Positions 10,737 to 23,111 of a DNA stretch of 64,000 nt are shown here, piece after piece (position 1 is the stretch's first letter; each line of letters opens with the position of its first letter). Source of the stretch: Polyangiales bacterium (lineage in GTDB: Bacteria > Myxococcota_A > Polyangia > Polyangiales > JADJQN01); the NCBI GenBank assembly GCA_964202905.1, contig CAXNJO010000002.1, forward strand, positions 1 through 64,000. Direction: 5' to 3'. Under the pieces are notes generated by a model. It made no database searches and was not told the origin of the DNA. It saw only the letters and a list, made by a program, of their open reading frames with translations. The translations under genes and the position numbers were made by a program.

Positions 10737-12746
10737 TCACGCGGGCTCGGTGAGCCACTCGTAACGCATGTTGCGCCGCGCCACCGGGAAGCCCGCGGCG
10801 TGCGCGTGCCGCTCGATCTGCGCCGCGTCCATCGCGAACGTGGTGCCCGCGCTCGAGACGACGTTCTCCTCGAACATGGTCGAGCCGAGGTCGTTCGCGC
10901 CGTAGCGCAGCGCGAGCTGGCCGACGCCCGGCCCCTGCGTCACCCACGACGACTGGATGCTGCGCACGTTGTCGAGCACGAGCCGCGAGAGCGCCTGCAT
11001 GCGCAGGTAGAGCACCGTGCCCGTCTCGCCGGCGGCCTGCTTCACGCCCTGGTCGTGCTGGTAATCCCAGCAGATGAAGGCGGTGAAACCGCCCGTCTCG
11101 TCCTGCAGATCGCGGACCTTGAGCAGGTGCGCGAGCCGGTCGACGACGGTGTCGGTCGTGCCGTACATCATCGTCGCCGTGGTGCGCAGCCCGAGGCGGT
11201 GCGCGACGCGCATGCACTCGATCCACTCGGCGCTCGTGCACTTGGCCTTCGCGATCTTGCGGCGCACGCGGTCGGTGAGGACCTCCGCGCCCCCGCCGGG
11301 GAGCGAGTCCATGCCCGCGGCCATGAGCCGGCGCAGCACATCCTCGATCGTCGCGGGCTCGCCGGCGGCCGTCTCGATCCGCGCGAGACCCCAGATTTCC
11401 TCGGGTGACAGCGCGTGCAGCGCGACGTTCGGGAACTCGGACTTCCACCAGCGGAAGAGCTCCTCGTACCAGGAGAGGCGCAGGCCCGGGTGGATGCCGC
11501 CCTGCAGGAGCACCTGGATGCCGCCCGCCGCGACGACCTCTTCGATCTTCTGGCGGAGCACGTCGCGGGAGAGGACGTAGACCTCCTCGTGCCCGACGGG
11601 CCGGTAGAACGCGCAGAAGCGGCACGCGATGGTGCACGCGTTCGTGTAGTTCACGTTGCGATCGACGATGTAGGTGACGACGCCCTCGGGGTGCAGGGCG
11701 CGGCGCCTCGCGTCGGCCGCGAGCCCGAGGTCGAGGGTCGGCGCCTCCTCGGCGAGGCGCAGCGCGTCGTCGAACGAGAGCCGGGCGCCCCCGGCGGCCG
11801 CGTCGAGGAGCGCGTCGATCGACGGCGCCGGCAGCGCCGCGCGCGAGGTGCCCGCGTCGCCCGCGACGCGCAGCGTGCACGGCGGCAAGAGCCGCGCCTC
11901 CGCCGCGCGCGCGTAGAACTCGCGCAGCCCGGCGAGCGCCGCGTCGTCGAGCGTGTAGCGCAGGTTGTCGCGCAGGTAGCGCTCGAGCGCCGCACGGTCG
12001 CCGCCGTGCTCCGCGGCCCACGACGCCGCGATCTCCGCACGCGCTGCGAGCCCCGCCTCGAGCGACGCCGCGAGCAGCGCCCGCTCGCGCGCGCCGAGCA
12101 CGCCGCGCCGCGCGCCCCACACCGCGAAGACGAAGGGCAGCCCCGTCCACGACTTCCACGCCTCGGCGAGGTCGAGCTCGTGCGCGAAGCGGCCGCGCGC
12201 CGCGAGCGCCTCGTCGCCGATGAGCACCGCGCCCGTCCCTTCGCGCACCTCCGCGAGGATCTGCGCCGGCGTCCGCGAGACGACGGGCAGCGCGCGCCCA
12301 CCGCGGCGTTGCGCGGCCACGAGGCGCGCGAGCACCACGCTCGTGCGGCTCGAGGCGTCGAGCAGCAGCGTGTCGAGCTCCTCGACGGGCCGGTCGCCGA
12401 CGATCACCACCGAGCGCACGGGACCATCCGCGCCGACCGCGATCCCCGGCGCGACCTCGAGCCCGCCGTGCGCCGCGATCGTGGCCGCAGGCACGAGCGC
12501 CGCGTCCGCCTCGTCCTCGAAGAGGCGCCGCGCGACCTCGGCGGGCCGCGCGAGCTCGAGCAGAAGATCCGCGCCCCCGAGCCCCTGCAGCAGGCCGTGC
12601 ACGATGGGTCGCGCGTTGAGGTAGCTCACCCCCGCGAGCCGCAGTCGGCCGCCCGGATCGATGGGCCCGGCGCCGTAGCGGTTCACCGCCAGCGCGCGTC
12701 CGATCGCCTTCCCGTCGCGGGGCGCGCCGTCACCCGGGGCCGTCAT
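10737..12746 (-). CDS. mqnC: Fused chorismate dehydratase MqnA / cyclic dehypoxanthine futalosine synthase MqnC
   Basis: N-part VSYLNARP, GPVRSV, SRTSVVL, LIGDEAL, WTGLPFVFAVW (MqnA); C-part YIVDRNVNYTNACTIACRFCAFYR, LQGG, PGGGAE, SSWVTQG, GSTMFEENVVSSAG (MqnC) in one open frame. Confidence 0.9.
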   Translation of the reverse strand: MTAPGDGAPRDGKAIGRALAVNRYGAGPIDPGGRLRLAGVSYLNARPIVHGLLQGLGGADLLLELARPAEVARRLFEDEADAALVPAATIAAHGGLEVAPGIAVGADGPVRSVVIVGDRPVEELDTLLLDASSRTSVVLARLVAAQRRGGRALPVVSRTPAQILAEVREGTGAVLIGDEALAARGRFAHELDLAEAWKSWTGLPFVFAVWGARRGVLGARERALLAASLEAGLAARAEIAASWAAEHGGDRAALERYLRDNLRYTLDDAALAGLREFYARAAEARLLPPCTLRVAGDAGTSRAALPAPSIDALLDAAAGGARLSFDDALRLAEEAPTLDLGLAADARRRALHPEGVVTYIVDRNVNYTNACTIACRFCAFYRPVGHEEVYVLSRDVLRQKIEEVVAAGGIQVLLQGGIHPGLRLSWYEELFRWWKSEFPNVALHALSPEEIWGLARIETAAGEPATIEDVLRRLMAAGMDSLPGGGAEVLTDRVRRKIAKAKCTSAEWIECMRVAHRLGLRTTATMMYGTTDTVVDRLAHLLKVRDLQDETGGFTAFICWDYQHDQGVKQAAGETGTVLYLRMQALSRLVLDNVRSIQSSWVTQGPGVGQLALRYGANDLGSTMFEENVVSSAGTTFAMDAAQIERHAHAAGFPVARRNMRYEWLTEPA

Positions 12747-13903
12747 CGCGCGAGCTCCAGGTGCTTCTTCGCGTTGCGATCCCTGACTTTCATCGACGCC
12801 TCCGGCGCGATCGCGCGCACGTACTCCTCGACCACGCCGTAGAGCGAGTCGCGCTCGACGGGCACGCGGCCCGCCTCGCGGATGAGGCGCAGCAGGTCAT
12901 CGCGCGTGAGCCCCATCGGGACGGTGCTCCCGGCCGAGTGATAGATGGTCTCGTGCACGATGGTGCCGTCGAGGTCGTCGGCGCCGAAGCGCAGCGCGAT
13001 CTGCGCCGTCTCGACGGTCATCGAGACCCAATAGGCCTTCACGTGCGGGATGTTGTCGAGCATGAGCCGCGCGACGGAGATCGTGCGCAGGTCGTCGACG
13101 GCCGTCGGCTCGGGGAGCTGCTCCATCGCGTTGTTCATGTTGTGGAAGGCGAGCGGGATGAAGCACTGGAAGCCGCGCGTCTCGTCCTGCAACGCGCGCA
13201 GCCGCGCGAGGTGATCGACGCGGTGCGCGAGCGTCTCGATGTGCCCGTAGAGCATCGTGCAGTTCGTCTTCATCCCGAGCCCGTGCGCGGCGCGGTGCAC
13301 GGCGAGGTACGCGTCGCCGTCGGCCTTGTCGCGCGAGATCCGCGCGCGCACCTCGGGGTGCAGGATCTCCGCGCCGCCGCCCGGCATCGTGTCGAGCCCC
13401 GCGTCCATGAGGCGGCGCAGCACCTCCGCGTAGGTCATGCCGAATTTCTGTGCGAAATAGTGGATCTCGACGGCCGTGAAGCACTTGAGATGGATGGCCG
13501 GGCGGATGCGCTTCCAGCCGCGCAGGAGCTCCTCGTACCACTCGAAGGCGAGGTTCGGGTCGAGCCCGTTGACCATGTGCAGCTCGCTGAGCCGCGGGTC
13601 GGGGAACTCCGCGAGTTCGCGCCAGGCCTCCTCGTGCGTGGACGTGTGCGCCCCGGGCTTGCCGCGCTCGAGCTTGGCGAACGCGCAGAAGCGGCACGAC
13701 GCCTCGCACACGTTCGTCGCCTCGTAGCGCATGTTCACGTTGAAGTAGGTGCGGTCGCCGTGGAGGCGCTCGCGCACCTCGTTGGCGAGCTGGCCGACGG
13801 CGAGCAGATCCGGCTCGAGGTAGAGCCCGAGGCCGTCCTCCTCCGTGAGGCGCGTGCCCGCGCGGACCTTCGCGGCGATCTCGTCGAAGCGTGCGGTCGT
13901 CAA
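12743..13903 (-). CDS. mqnE: Aminofutalosine synthase MqnE (radical SAM)
   Basis: TNVCEASCRFCAF, HLKCFTAVEI, PGGGAE, FIPLAFH, HVKAYW, FGADDLDGT; TTG 13903 preceded by GGAGGAG. Confidence 0.9.
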   Translation of the reverse strand: MTTARFDEIAAKVRAGTRLTEEDGLGLYLEPDLLAVGQLANEVRERLHGDRTYFNVNMRYEATNVCEASCRFCAFAKLERGKPGAHTSTHEEAWRELAEFPDPRLSELHMVNGLDPNLAFEWYEELLRGWKRIRPAIHLKCFTAVEIHYFAQKFGMTYAEVLRRLMDAGLDTMPGGGAEILHPEVRARISRDKADGDAYLAVHRAAHGLGMKTNCTMLYGHIETLAHRVDHLARLRALQDETRGFQCFIPLAFHNMNNAMEQLPEPTAVDDLRTISVARLMLDNIPHVKAYWVSMTVETAQIALRFGADDLDGTIVHETIYHSAGSTVPMGLTRDDLLRLIREAGRVPVERDSLYGVVEEYVRAIAPEASMKVRDRNAKKHLELAR

Positions 13904-14499
13904 GGCGACATCTCCTCCGGCGCCGCGGCGCCCTCGCTCACGACCATCACCGGAGATGGCCCATCCACCCACCGCGGCCGCCGCCCGGCCCGCGCGACGC
14001 GCCCGGCGAGGTCCGCCTTGCGCGCAAGCACCGCGGCGTCGCTCGCCCCCGCGACCGGCAGCGACGTGCGCCGCGTCCAGGTGCCGACGAGCACGCTCGC
14101 GCCGAAGGTGAGCGCCGCCTGCGCGAGCCCATCACCGAGGCCGTCCAGCGACACCGCGACGGGCTGCGTGGCCGGCGTCGCGAGCCGCACCAGCGCGACC
14201 TCGTGGAGCACGTCGAGCCCCGTCGCGCCCTCGCTCGCGCCGAGCGCGGGCCGCGCGTGAACGGCCCCGGGGACGGCGGACTCCGGCGAGAGCCCGAGGT
14301 CGACGAGCAGCACCTCGTCGCCCTGCCCCGCCTCGCGCACGACGTCCGCGAGCGCGGCGACGGCGAGGACGTCGGCCTCACGCAGGCGCGCGAGGTCCGC
14401 GGGGCTGGGCAGAGCGCCGGCGAGGACGCGCTCGGCGAGGTCGAGCAGACCGCCCGCCTCGAGGGCGCGGCGGACGAGCGGGCGGAGGGCGGGCGTCAT
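13900..14499 (-). CDS. MqnE-like protein lacking the radical-SAM core
   Basis: Both ends align by eye with the adjacent MqnE; no Cys at all; stop overlaps the mqnE start (TTGA). Confidence 0.7.
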   Translation of the reverse strand: MTPALRPLVRRALEAGGLLDLAERVLAGALPSPADLARLREADVLAVAALADVVREAGQGDEVLLVDLGLSPESAVPGAVHARPALGASEGATGLDVLHEVALVRLATPATQPVAVSLDGLGDGLAQAALTFGASVLVGTWTRRTSLPVAGASDAAVLARKADLAGRVARAGRRPRWVDGPSPVMVVSEGAAAPEEMSP

Positions 14500-14547
14500 G
14501 GCGCGTGCATCCCGGTGGCGGTCATGGCTCGTGCCGCGCGTGGGGCG

Positions 14548-15150
14548 TCATGGCTCGACCATGCCGAGGGAGGCGTCGCGTCCCCAGCGGCGGGCGATGG
14601 CGTGGTCGAGGCCGAGGTGGTCGAGCACGCGCGCGAGCACGGTGTCGACGGCCTCCTCGAGCGTGCGCGGGCGGCCGTAGAAGCTCGGCGTCGCGGGCAT
14701 CACGAGCGCGCCGCTGCGCGTCACCGAGAGCATGTTCTCGAGGTGGATCGTCGAGTACGGCGTCTCGCGCGCGAGCAGGATGAGCGCGCGGCGCTCTTTC
14801 AGGATCACGTCGGCGGCCCGCGTGAGCAGGTCGTCGGAGATGCCGTGCGCGACGCGCGCGATGGTCGACATGCTCGCGGGCGCGACCACCATCGCGCCCC
14901 ACCCGGCCGAGCCGCTCGCGAAGGGCGCGTTGTAGTCGCGGCCGTCGTAGACGGGCACGTCGAGCGCGCGCACGTCGCCGCCGACCTCGTGCGTCCAGAC
15001 CTGCTCGGCCGTCCGCGAGAGCACGATGGCGACGTCGTTCACCACGCCGCGCGCGCGCGCATCAACCAGCATCGCGAGCAGACGCTGCGCGTAGATGGAG
15101 CCCGACGCGCCGCTGATCCCGACGATGATCTTCTTCGGGTCGCCGGTCAC
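14548..15150 (-). CDS. ubiX: Flavin prenyltransferase UbiX
   Basis: IIVGISGASGSIY, ASGS, APASMST, RAADVILKERR, RETP, PSFY. Confidence 0.93.
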   Translation of the reverse strand: MTGDPKKIIVGISGASGSIYAQRLLAMLVDARARGVVNDVAIVLSRTAEQVWTHEVGGDVRALDVPVYDGRDYNAPFASGSAGWGAMVVAPASMSTIARVAHGISDDLLTRAADVILKERRALILLARETPYSTIHLENMLSVTRSGALVMPATPSFYGRPRTLEEAVDTVLARVLDHLGLDHAIARRWGRDASLGMVEP

Positions 15151-15926
15151 GCCGCGCCGTCCTTCGCGGGCCGCACGCCGCGCACGAGCGACGCGATCCC
15201 GAAGAGCAGGTCGCGCCCGCTCACCGACTCGAAGCCCGCCTCGACCAGCGCAGCCTCGTACTCGGCCCGCGTGAGGAAGCCCTTCATCGACCGCGAGAGA
15301 TACGCGTACGCCGCGCGATCGCGCGAGACGATCGAGCCCACCGTCGGCAGCACCACGTCGCCGTAGAGCGCGTGGAAGGCGCGCGTCGCGAGGCGCGTCG
15401 GCTTGTAGAACTCGAGCGTCACGAAGACGCCGCCCGGCGCGAGGGCACGCCGGACCTCGCGCATCCCGGCGCGCGGGTCGGCGAGGTTGCGCATGCCGAA
15501 CCCGCACACCACGCCCGCGATCGCGCCGTCCGCGAGCGGCAGGCGCATCGCGTCGCTCACGGCGAGGCGCGTCGTCGCGGCGCGCACCTTGCCCGCCGCG
15601 CGCCCCGCCACGAGCATCTCCCGCGCGAAGTCGAGCGCGAGCACGCGCCGTCCGGGGAAGCGCTGCTCGACGGCCCCCGCGAGGTCGAGGGTGCCCGCGC
15701 AGAGGTCGACCAGCGGCCCTTCGGCCGGGAGGTCGCGCGCGAGCTGCTCGAGCGCCTTCGTCCGCCAGCTGCGATCGATGCCGAGCGAGAGCAGCCGGTT
15801 GAGCAGGTCGTACGTCGGCGAGATGCGGTCGAACATCGAGCGCACCGCCACGGCGTGGGCCGCCTGGTTCGGCGCCTTGCGCTCGGCGACCTCCGGCACG
15901 AGCGCGACTTCGTGGCTCGACGTCAT
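15147..15926 (-). CDS. menG: Demethylmenaquinone methyltransferase (UbiE/MenG)
   Basis: MFDRISPTYDLLNRLLSLGID, DLCAGT, FGMRN, AYAYLSRSM. Confidence 0.88.
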   Translation of the reverse strand: MTSSHEVALVPEVAERKAPNQAAHAVAVRSMFDRISPTYDLLNRLLSLGIDRSWRTKALEQLARDLPAEGPLVDLCAGTLDLAGAVEQRFPGRRVLALDFAREMLVAGRAAGKVRAATTRLAVSDAMRLPLADGAIAGVVCGFGMRNLADPRAGMREVRRALAPGGVFVTLEFYKPTRLATRAFHALYGDVVLPTVGSIVSRDRAAYAYLSRSMKGFLTRAEYEAALVEAGFESVSGRDLLFGIASLVRGVRPAKDGAA

Positions 15927-16052
15927 GGTTCTCCTCGTCGCGCGCTGCGCGCCGGGACTCGGTCGACTCGACCGCGAAGTTTCAAAAACATTTGAAACCT
16001 CGCGGGTCGATATAGGCGTCGCCCTCCTGAGCGTCAAGGGTACGCTCCGCCC

Positions 16053-16590
16053 GTGCGCACGCAGCCCCGGGCCCTCGAGGAAGCCTTGTTCCGCTATGTC
16101 GAGCGGGCCGAACACGACCCCGTCGTGCGCGCCCGCGTGAAGGCCGTCGTCCGCGCCGGGATGCGCGCCGCCATCGTCGAGAAGGAGCGCACCGGCGGAG
16201 ACCGGCTCTATCGACGGCTGCGCGCGCTCGCGCTCCGCTGGGCGACGCTGGCGGGCGCCGCGGCTCGCGCGGCGCTTCGCGATCGACCCCGAACGCATGG
16301 ACCAGCTCGCCGAGGTGCAGGACTGGGAGGACCGCGTCCTCGACGTCACGGGCCACTGGCCGGTGCGCGAAGCGACCGTCGCGGAGAAGCACGAGACGGC
16401 CTGCCCCTACGCCGACCTCGCCGCGCGCGACCCGCGGATCTGCACCGATCTCGTGCACGCGCTCGAGACGGAAACGTTCCGCGCGCTCCAGCCGCGCTAT
16501 CGCCTCATCCCGCTCGACCGGCTGCTCTCACGCGGGGACACGCACTGTGTGTTCCGCCACGAGATCGCGCCCCCGGCGTCCGGTCGCTGA
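16053..16590 (+). CDS. Hypothetical protein with C-terminal CPY...C...C region resembling ATC-hydrolase/V4R-like domains (frameshift ~16270)
   Basis: N-part in track ORF 16053; C-part ETACPYADL...ICTDL...LSRGDTHCVF in ORF 16297..16590; TACGCT box 6 nt before GTG. Confidence 0.5.
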
Positions 16591-16783
16591 TTGTCCCTCT
16601 CGCCGGCACCGTGCTACTCAGCGCCCTGATCGAGGTCGGACTGCGGGGATCGCCGGACGATCCGGGCCAGTTCGACGGGGCGGCGCGCTCGGCCGCGGCG
16701 CTCCCCGGAGTCCAGCTCCGGCGCACATGTGAGACGAGGGGCCTTCGACACCCGCAGGCCATGACGAACCTGGAGGAATGGGA

Positions 16784-17686
16784 ATGACGCGCAACAAGAT
16801 GTGGGGCGTGGCCCTCGCGGGCCTCTTCGCGATGACGTCGGTCGGCACCGCGGCGGCGCAGGACCCGGAGTCCGGAGACACCGGCGGCTGGCAGCAGCAG
16901 CAGCCCCAGCAGGGCGGCTGGCAGCAGCCCCAGCAGGGTGGTGGCTGGCAGCAGCAGCCCCCGCAGGGCGGGCAGCCCCAGCAGGGCGGCGAGAACGAGC
17001 GCCCGCCCTCGAGCGGCGGTGGCTCGGAGTCGCCGGCCAGCGCGGGTGACACCGATCACGGCGCGGCCGTCGGTCACCTCGGCGTGGGCTGGTACGGCCT
17101 CGGCAGCGTGCCGCTCGGCGCGGCGGGCGGCGGCCCCTCGATCACGGTGTCGGCGCCGGCCGTCGGCGTCCGCTACTGGCTCTCCGAGGGGGTCGGCCTC
17201 GATGTCGCGCTCGGCTTCGGCTACTCGTCCACGGGCGGCACCGTCGACACGCCGGACGCGGTCACGGATGTCCCGGGCAGCTCGGGCTTCGCGCTGACCG
17301 TCCACGGCGGCCTCCCGCTCTCGGTCTACCAGGGCAAGCACTACAGCTTCCAGATCGTCCCGGAGCTCGACCTCGGCTTCGGCTCGGGCACGGTCTTCGG
17401 CGACACGCCGGACAACGACCAGGAGCTCGGCGCCTTCTTCTTCCAGATCGGCGCGCGCGCCGGCGCGGAGCTGCACTTCGGCTTCATCGGCGTCCCGCAG
17501 CTCGCGCTCCAGGCGACCGTCGGCCTCTCGGTCGCGTACGTCTCGGGCACGCTCGAGAACAACTTCGGCGACCCGCGCGGCTCGACGATCACCTCGACGA
17601 ACGGCTTCCAGCTCGGCACCACCGTGCAGGACGAGCCCTGGGACATCTTCGCGGGCTCGCTCCGCGCCATCTACTACTGGCTCTGA
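16784..17686 (+). CDS. Secreted outer-membrane beta-barrel-like protein with N-terminal GGWQQQ repeats
   Basis: Signal peptide ending AAA-Q; alternating strands (VGVRYWL, LDVALGFGY, ARAGAELHF); aromatic C-terminus LRAIYYWL; GGAGG SD. Confidence 0.7.
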   Translation: MTRNKMWGVALAGLFAMTSVGTAAAQDPESGDTGGWQQQQPQQGGWQQPQQGGGWQQQPPQGGQPQQGGENERPPSSGGGSESPASAGDTDHGAAVGHLGVGWYGLGSVPLGAAGGGPSITVSAPAVGVRYWLSEGVGLDVALGFGYSSTGGTVDTPDAVTDVPGSSGFALTVHGGLPLSVYQGKHYSFQIVPELDLGFGSGTVFGDTPDNDQELGAFFFQIGARAGAELHFGFIGVPQLALQATVGLSVAYVSGTLENNFGDPRGSTITSTNGFQLGTTVQDEPWDIFAGSLRAIYYWL

Positions 17687-17722
17687 GCCGCGCGCGCCCT
17701 CCCGGGCGCACCGGATGAAGCG

Positions 17723-17757
17723 AGGCGCCGACCGCGAGGTCCGGCGCCTTTCTTTTT
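17723..17757 (+). terminator. Rho-independent terminator
   Basis: AGGCGCCGACC-GCGA-GGTCCGGCGCCT hairpin with a GNRA loop followed by TTCTTTTT, just after the barrel gene. Confidence 0.8.
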
Positions 17758-17829
17758 GGGGCGCGGCGTACGGCCGCGGTGCCCCCCTTGCGCTTGACAA
17801 GCCCCCGAATTCCCTCAGAAAACCCGACG

Positions 17830-20861
<3,032 letters not shown>

Positions 20862-20865
<4 letters not shown>

Positions 20866-21593
20866 GCGAAGGGGGCGACCGCCTCCGCAGCCTGCTGCGC
20901 GGGGCCGCACGCGAGGTGCAGCGCCGCGCGGAGGCCTTTCCACCGCTCGCGCAGGCGCGGCGTCTCCTCGGCGAGTTGCGGCACGGACGGCTGCTGGTCC
21001 CCGCGGACGCGCTCCGCGCGCAGCTCCTGCGCGTGCCGGAGCTCGACTCGCTCTGGCTCGAGGTGCGGCCCGAGGGCGTCCTGCTCGACGCGAGCTTCAC
21101 GCGCGGCGAGCCGCTCCGCGTGACGCTCGTCCCCGTGACGGCGCGCTTCGCCCCACGCGGCGCGAAGGAGCTCGTCTTCCGCGTCGAGCCGCCCGAGCGC
21201 GCCGGCAGCGCCCGCACCGCGGACCTCTGCGCCGCCCTCGCCGTCGCCGTCGCGCGCGCGCTCTGGGCGCCCCTGCTGCCGCCCGACGACGGCGCGCCGC
21301 CCGACGCGATCATCGACCGCGATCCCGGCGCGGAGCTGCGCATCGACCTCCGCAGCCTCCCGCCGATCCGCCGCCTGCGCGGGGCACAACAGGCCCTGCT
21401 CGACGGCATCCCCCTCGTCGGCTTCGGCGCGACGCAGGGCGCGCTCGTGCTGCAGCTCCCCGTGCCCGGCGCCGCGCGCGGCGGCCGCCGCCCGCGCCGT
21501 AGCGCCTACTCGGCCGCGGGCGCCGCCGGGGCGCCGGCGGGCGGCGGCACCGACTCCGACGCAAACCCCTCGAGCTCACGCACGCGGTTGTAG
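20862..21593 (+). CDS. Hypothetical protein (3' end uncertain)
   Basis: GTGA overlap with the upstream gene and normal composition (VSEGGDRL...[11 protein letters not shown]); runs ~88 bp into sthA, so the true stop may be the TAG at 21500-21502 via a frameshift. Confidence 0.55.
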
Positions 21594-22972
21594 CCGTTGA
21601 GCGCCGCGACGCGGTAGGCCTCCGCCATGGTGGGGTAATTGAAGGTGGTATTGATGAAATACATCAACGTGTTTGCACTGCCCTGCTGACTCATGATCGC
21701 CTGCCCGATGTGCAGGATTTCGGAGGCCTGATAACCGAAGCAGTGGATACCGAGCACCTGCAGCGTCTCGCGGTGGAAGAGCAGTTTCAGCATGCCCACC
21801 GTGTTCCCCGTGATCTGCGCGCGCGCGAGGCTGCGGAAGAGCGCGTGCCCCACCTCGTAGGGCACCTGTTGCTCGGTCAGCTCGCGCTCCGACGGCCCGA
21901 CGCTGCTGATCTCCGGCATCGTGTAGATGCCCGTCGGCACGTTCGCGACGAGCCGCGCGTCGCACACACCGAACATCAGGTGATTGGCCGCGAATCGCCC
22001 CTGATCGTAGGCCGCGCTCGCGAGGCTCGGGAAGCCGACGACGTCGCCCACGGCGTACACGTGCGGGACGCTCGTGCGGTAGTTCTCGTCGACCGCGAGC
22101 TGCCCGCGCGAGTTCGGCGCGATGCCGAGCGTCTCGAGCCCGAGTCCGTCGGTGTTGCCGGTGCGTCCGTTCGCCCAGAGCAGCACATCGCTCTTGAGCT
22201 TCTTGCCCGAGCGCAGCGTGAGCACGACGCCGTCGTCCTGCGGGATGACGCGCGCGGCCTCCTCGTTGTTGCGGATCAACACACCGCCGTCGCGGAGGTG
22301 GTAGGCGAGCGCGTCGATGATCTCGTCGTCGAGGAAGGAGAGCAGCTTCTCGCGCGTGTTGACGAGGTTCACCTTCGCGCCGAGGTTGCGGAAGATCGAC
22401 GCGTACTCGCAACCGACGACGCCCGCTCCGTAGATGGTGATCGACGAGGGCGTGTGATCGAGGCGCAAGATGGTGTCGCTGTCGAAGATGCGCGGGTGTC
22501 CGAAATCGACCTCGGGCGGGCGGTAGGGCCGCGAACCGACCGCGAGGATCACGCCGCCCGCGTGCAGCGTGTCGACGCTCCCGCCGTCGCGCACCACCTC
22601 GACGGTGTTGGGCCCCGCGAAGCGGGCCTGCCCGTGGAACACGCGCACCGCGTTGCGCTCGTAGAACTGCGTGCGCACGGCCACCTGCTTGGCGATGACG
22701 GCGTTCGCCGAGCGGACGAGGTCGGGGAAGGTGACCTCCACCTCCGTCGCGAGCTCGCGGAAGAACGGGCTCGTCCGGAACTCCATCAGCGAGCCGACGG
22801 CGTGCCGCAGCGTCTTGCTCGGGATGGTCGCCCAGTGCGTGCACGCGCCCCCGAGCTGCGCGTACCGCTCGACCACCGCGACGCGCTTGCCCTCCTTCGC
22901 GCTCTTCATCGCGGCGCCCTCGCCGCCCGGCCCGCTCCCGACCACCACCACGTCGAAGTCGTGTCCGCGCAT
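21506..22972 (-). CDS. sthA: Soluble pyridine nucleotide transhydrogenase
   Basis: [26 protein letters not shown] (no redox CxxxxC), [30 protein letters not shown]. Confidence 0.93.
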   Translation of the reverse strand: MRGHDFDVVVVGSGPGGEGAAMKSAKEGKRVAVVERYAQLGGACTHWATIPSKTLRHAVGSLMEFRTSPFFRELATEVEVTFPDLVRSANAVIAKQVAVRTQFYERNAVRVFHGQARFAGPNTVEVVRDGGSVDTLHAGGVILAVGSRPYRPPEVDFGHPRIFDSDTILRLDHTPSSITIYGAGVVGCEYASIFRNLGAKVNLVNTREKLLSFLDDEIIDALAYHLRDGGVLIRNNEEAARVIPQDDGVVLTLRSGKKLKSDVLLWANGRTGNTDGLGLETLGIAPNSRGQLAVDENYRTSVPHVYAVGDVVGFPSLASAAYDQGRFAANHLMFGVCDARLVANVPTGIYTMPEISSVGPSERELTEQQVPYEVGHALFRSLARAQITGNTVGMLKLLFHRETLQVLGIHCFGYQASEILHIGQAIMSQQGSANTLMYFINTTFNYPTMAEAYRVAALNGYNRVRELEGFASESVPPPAGAPAAPAAE

Positions 22973-23061
22973 CGCGCGCGACTATAGCGGCGCATCCGAG
23001 GAGCGACCACGCCGCGCACGACGCGCCCCAGTTCGCGACGCGCCCCGCGCGCCGGGCCCCC

Positions 23062-23111
23062 CGCTCAGGGGGAACCGGCGCTCACGGGGAGCCTGCGCTC
23101 ACGGGGAACCG
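23062..23111. repeat. Three imperfect ~17-bp repeats spanning the vWA stop codon
   Basis: cgctcagggggaaccgg / cgctcacggggagcctg / cgctcacggggaaccg. Confidence 0.55.

Noticed and set aside
17794..17822. TTGACA promoter before the radical SAM gene
   Set aside because: Perfect -35 but no convincing -10 at 16-18 bp
21600..21760. Lower-GC 3' end of sthA as a sign of horizontal transfer
   Set aside because: Largely explained by Asn/Phe/Tyr/Ile/Met-rich sequence; no mobility signals
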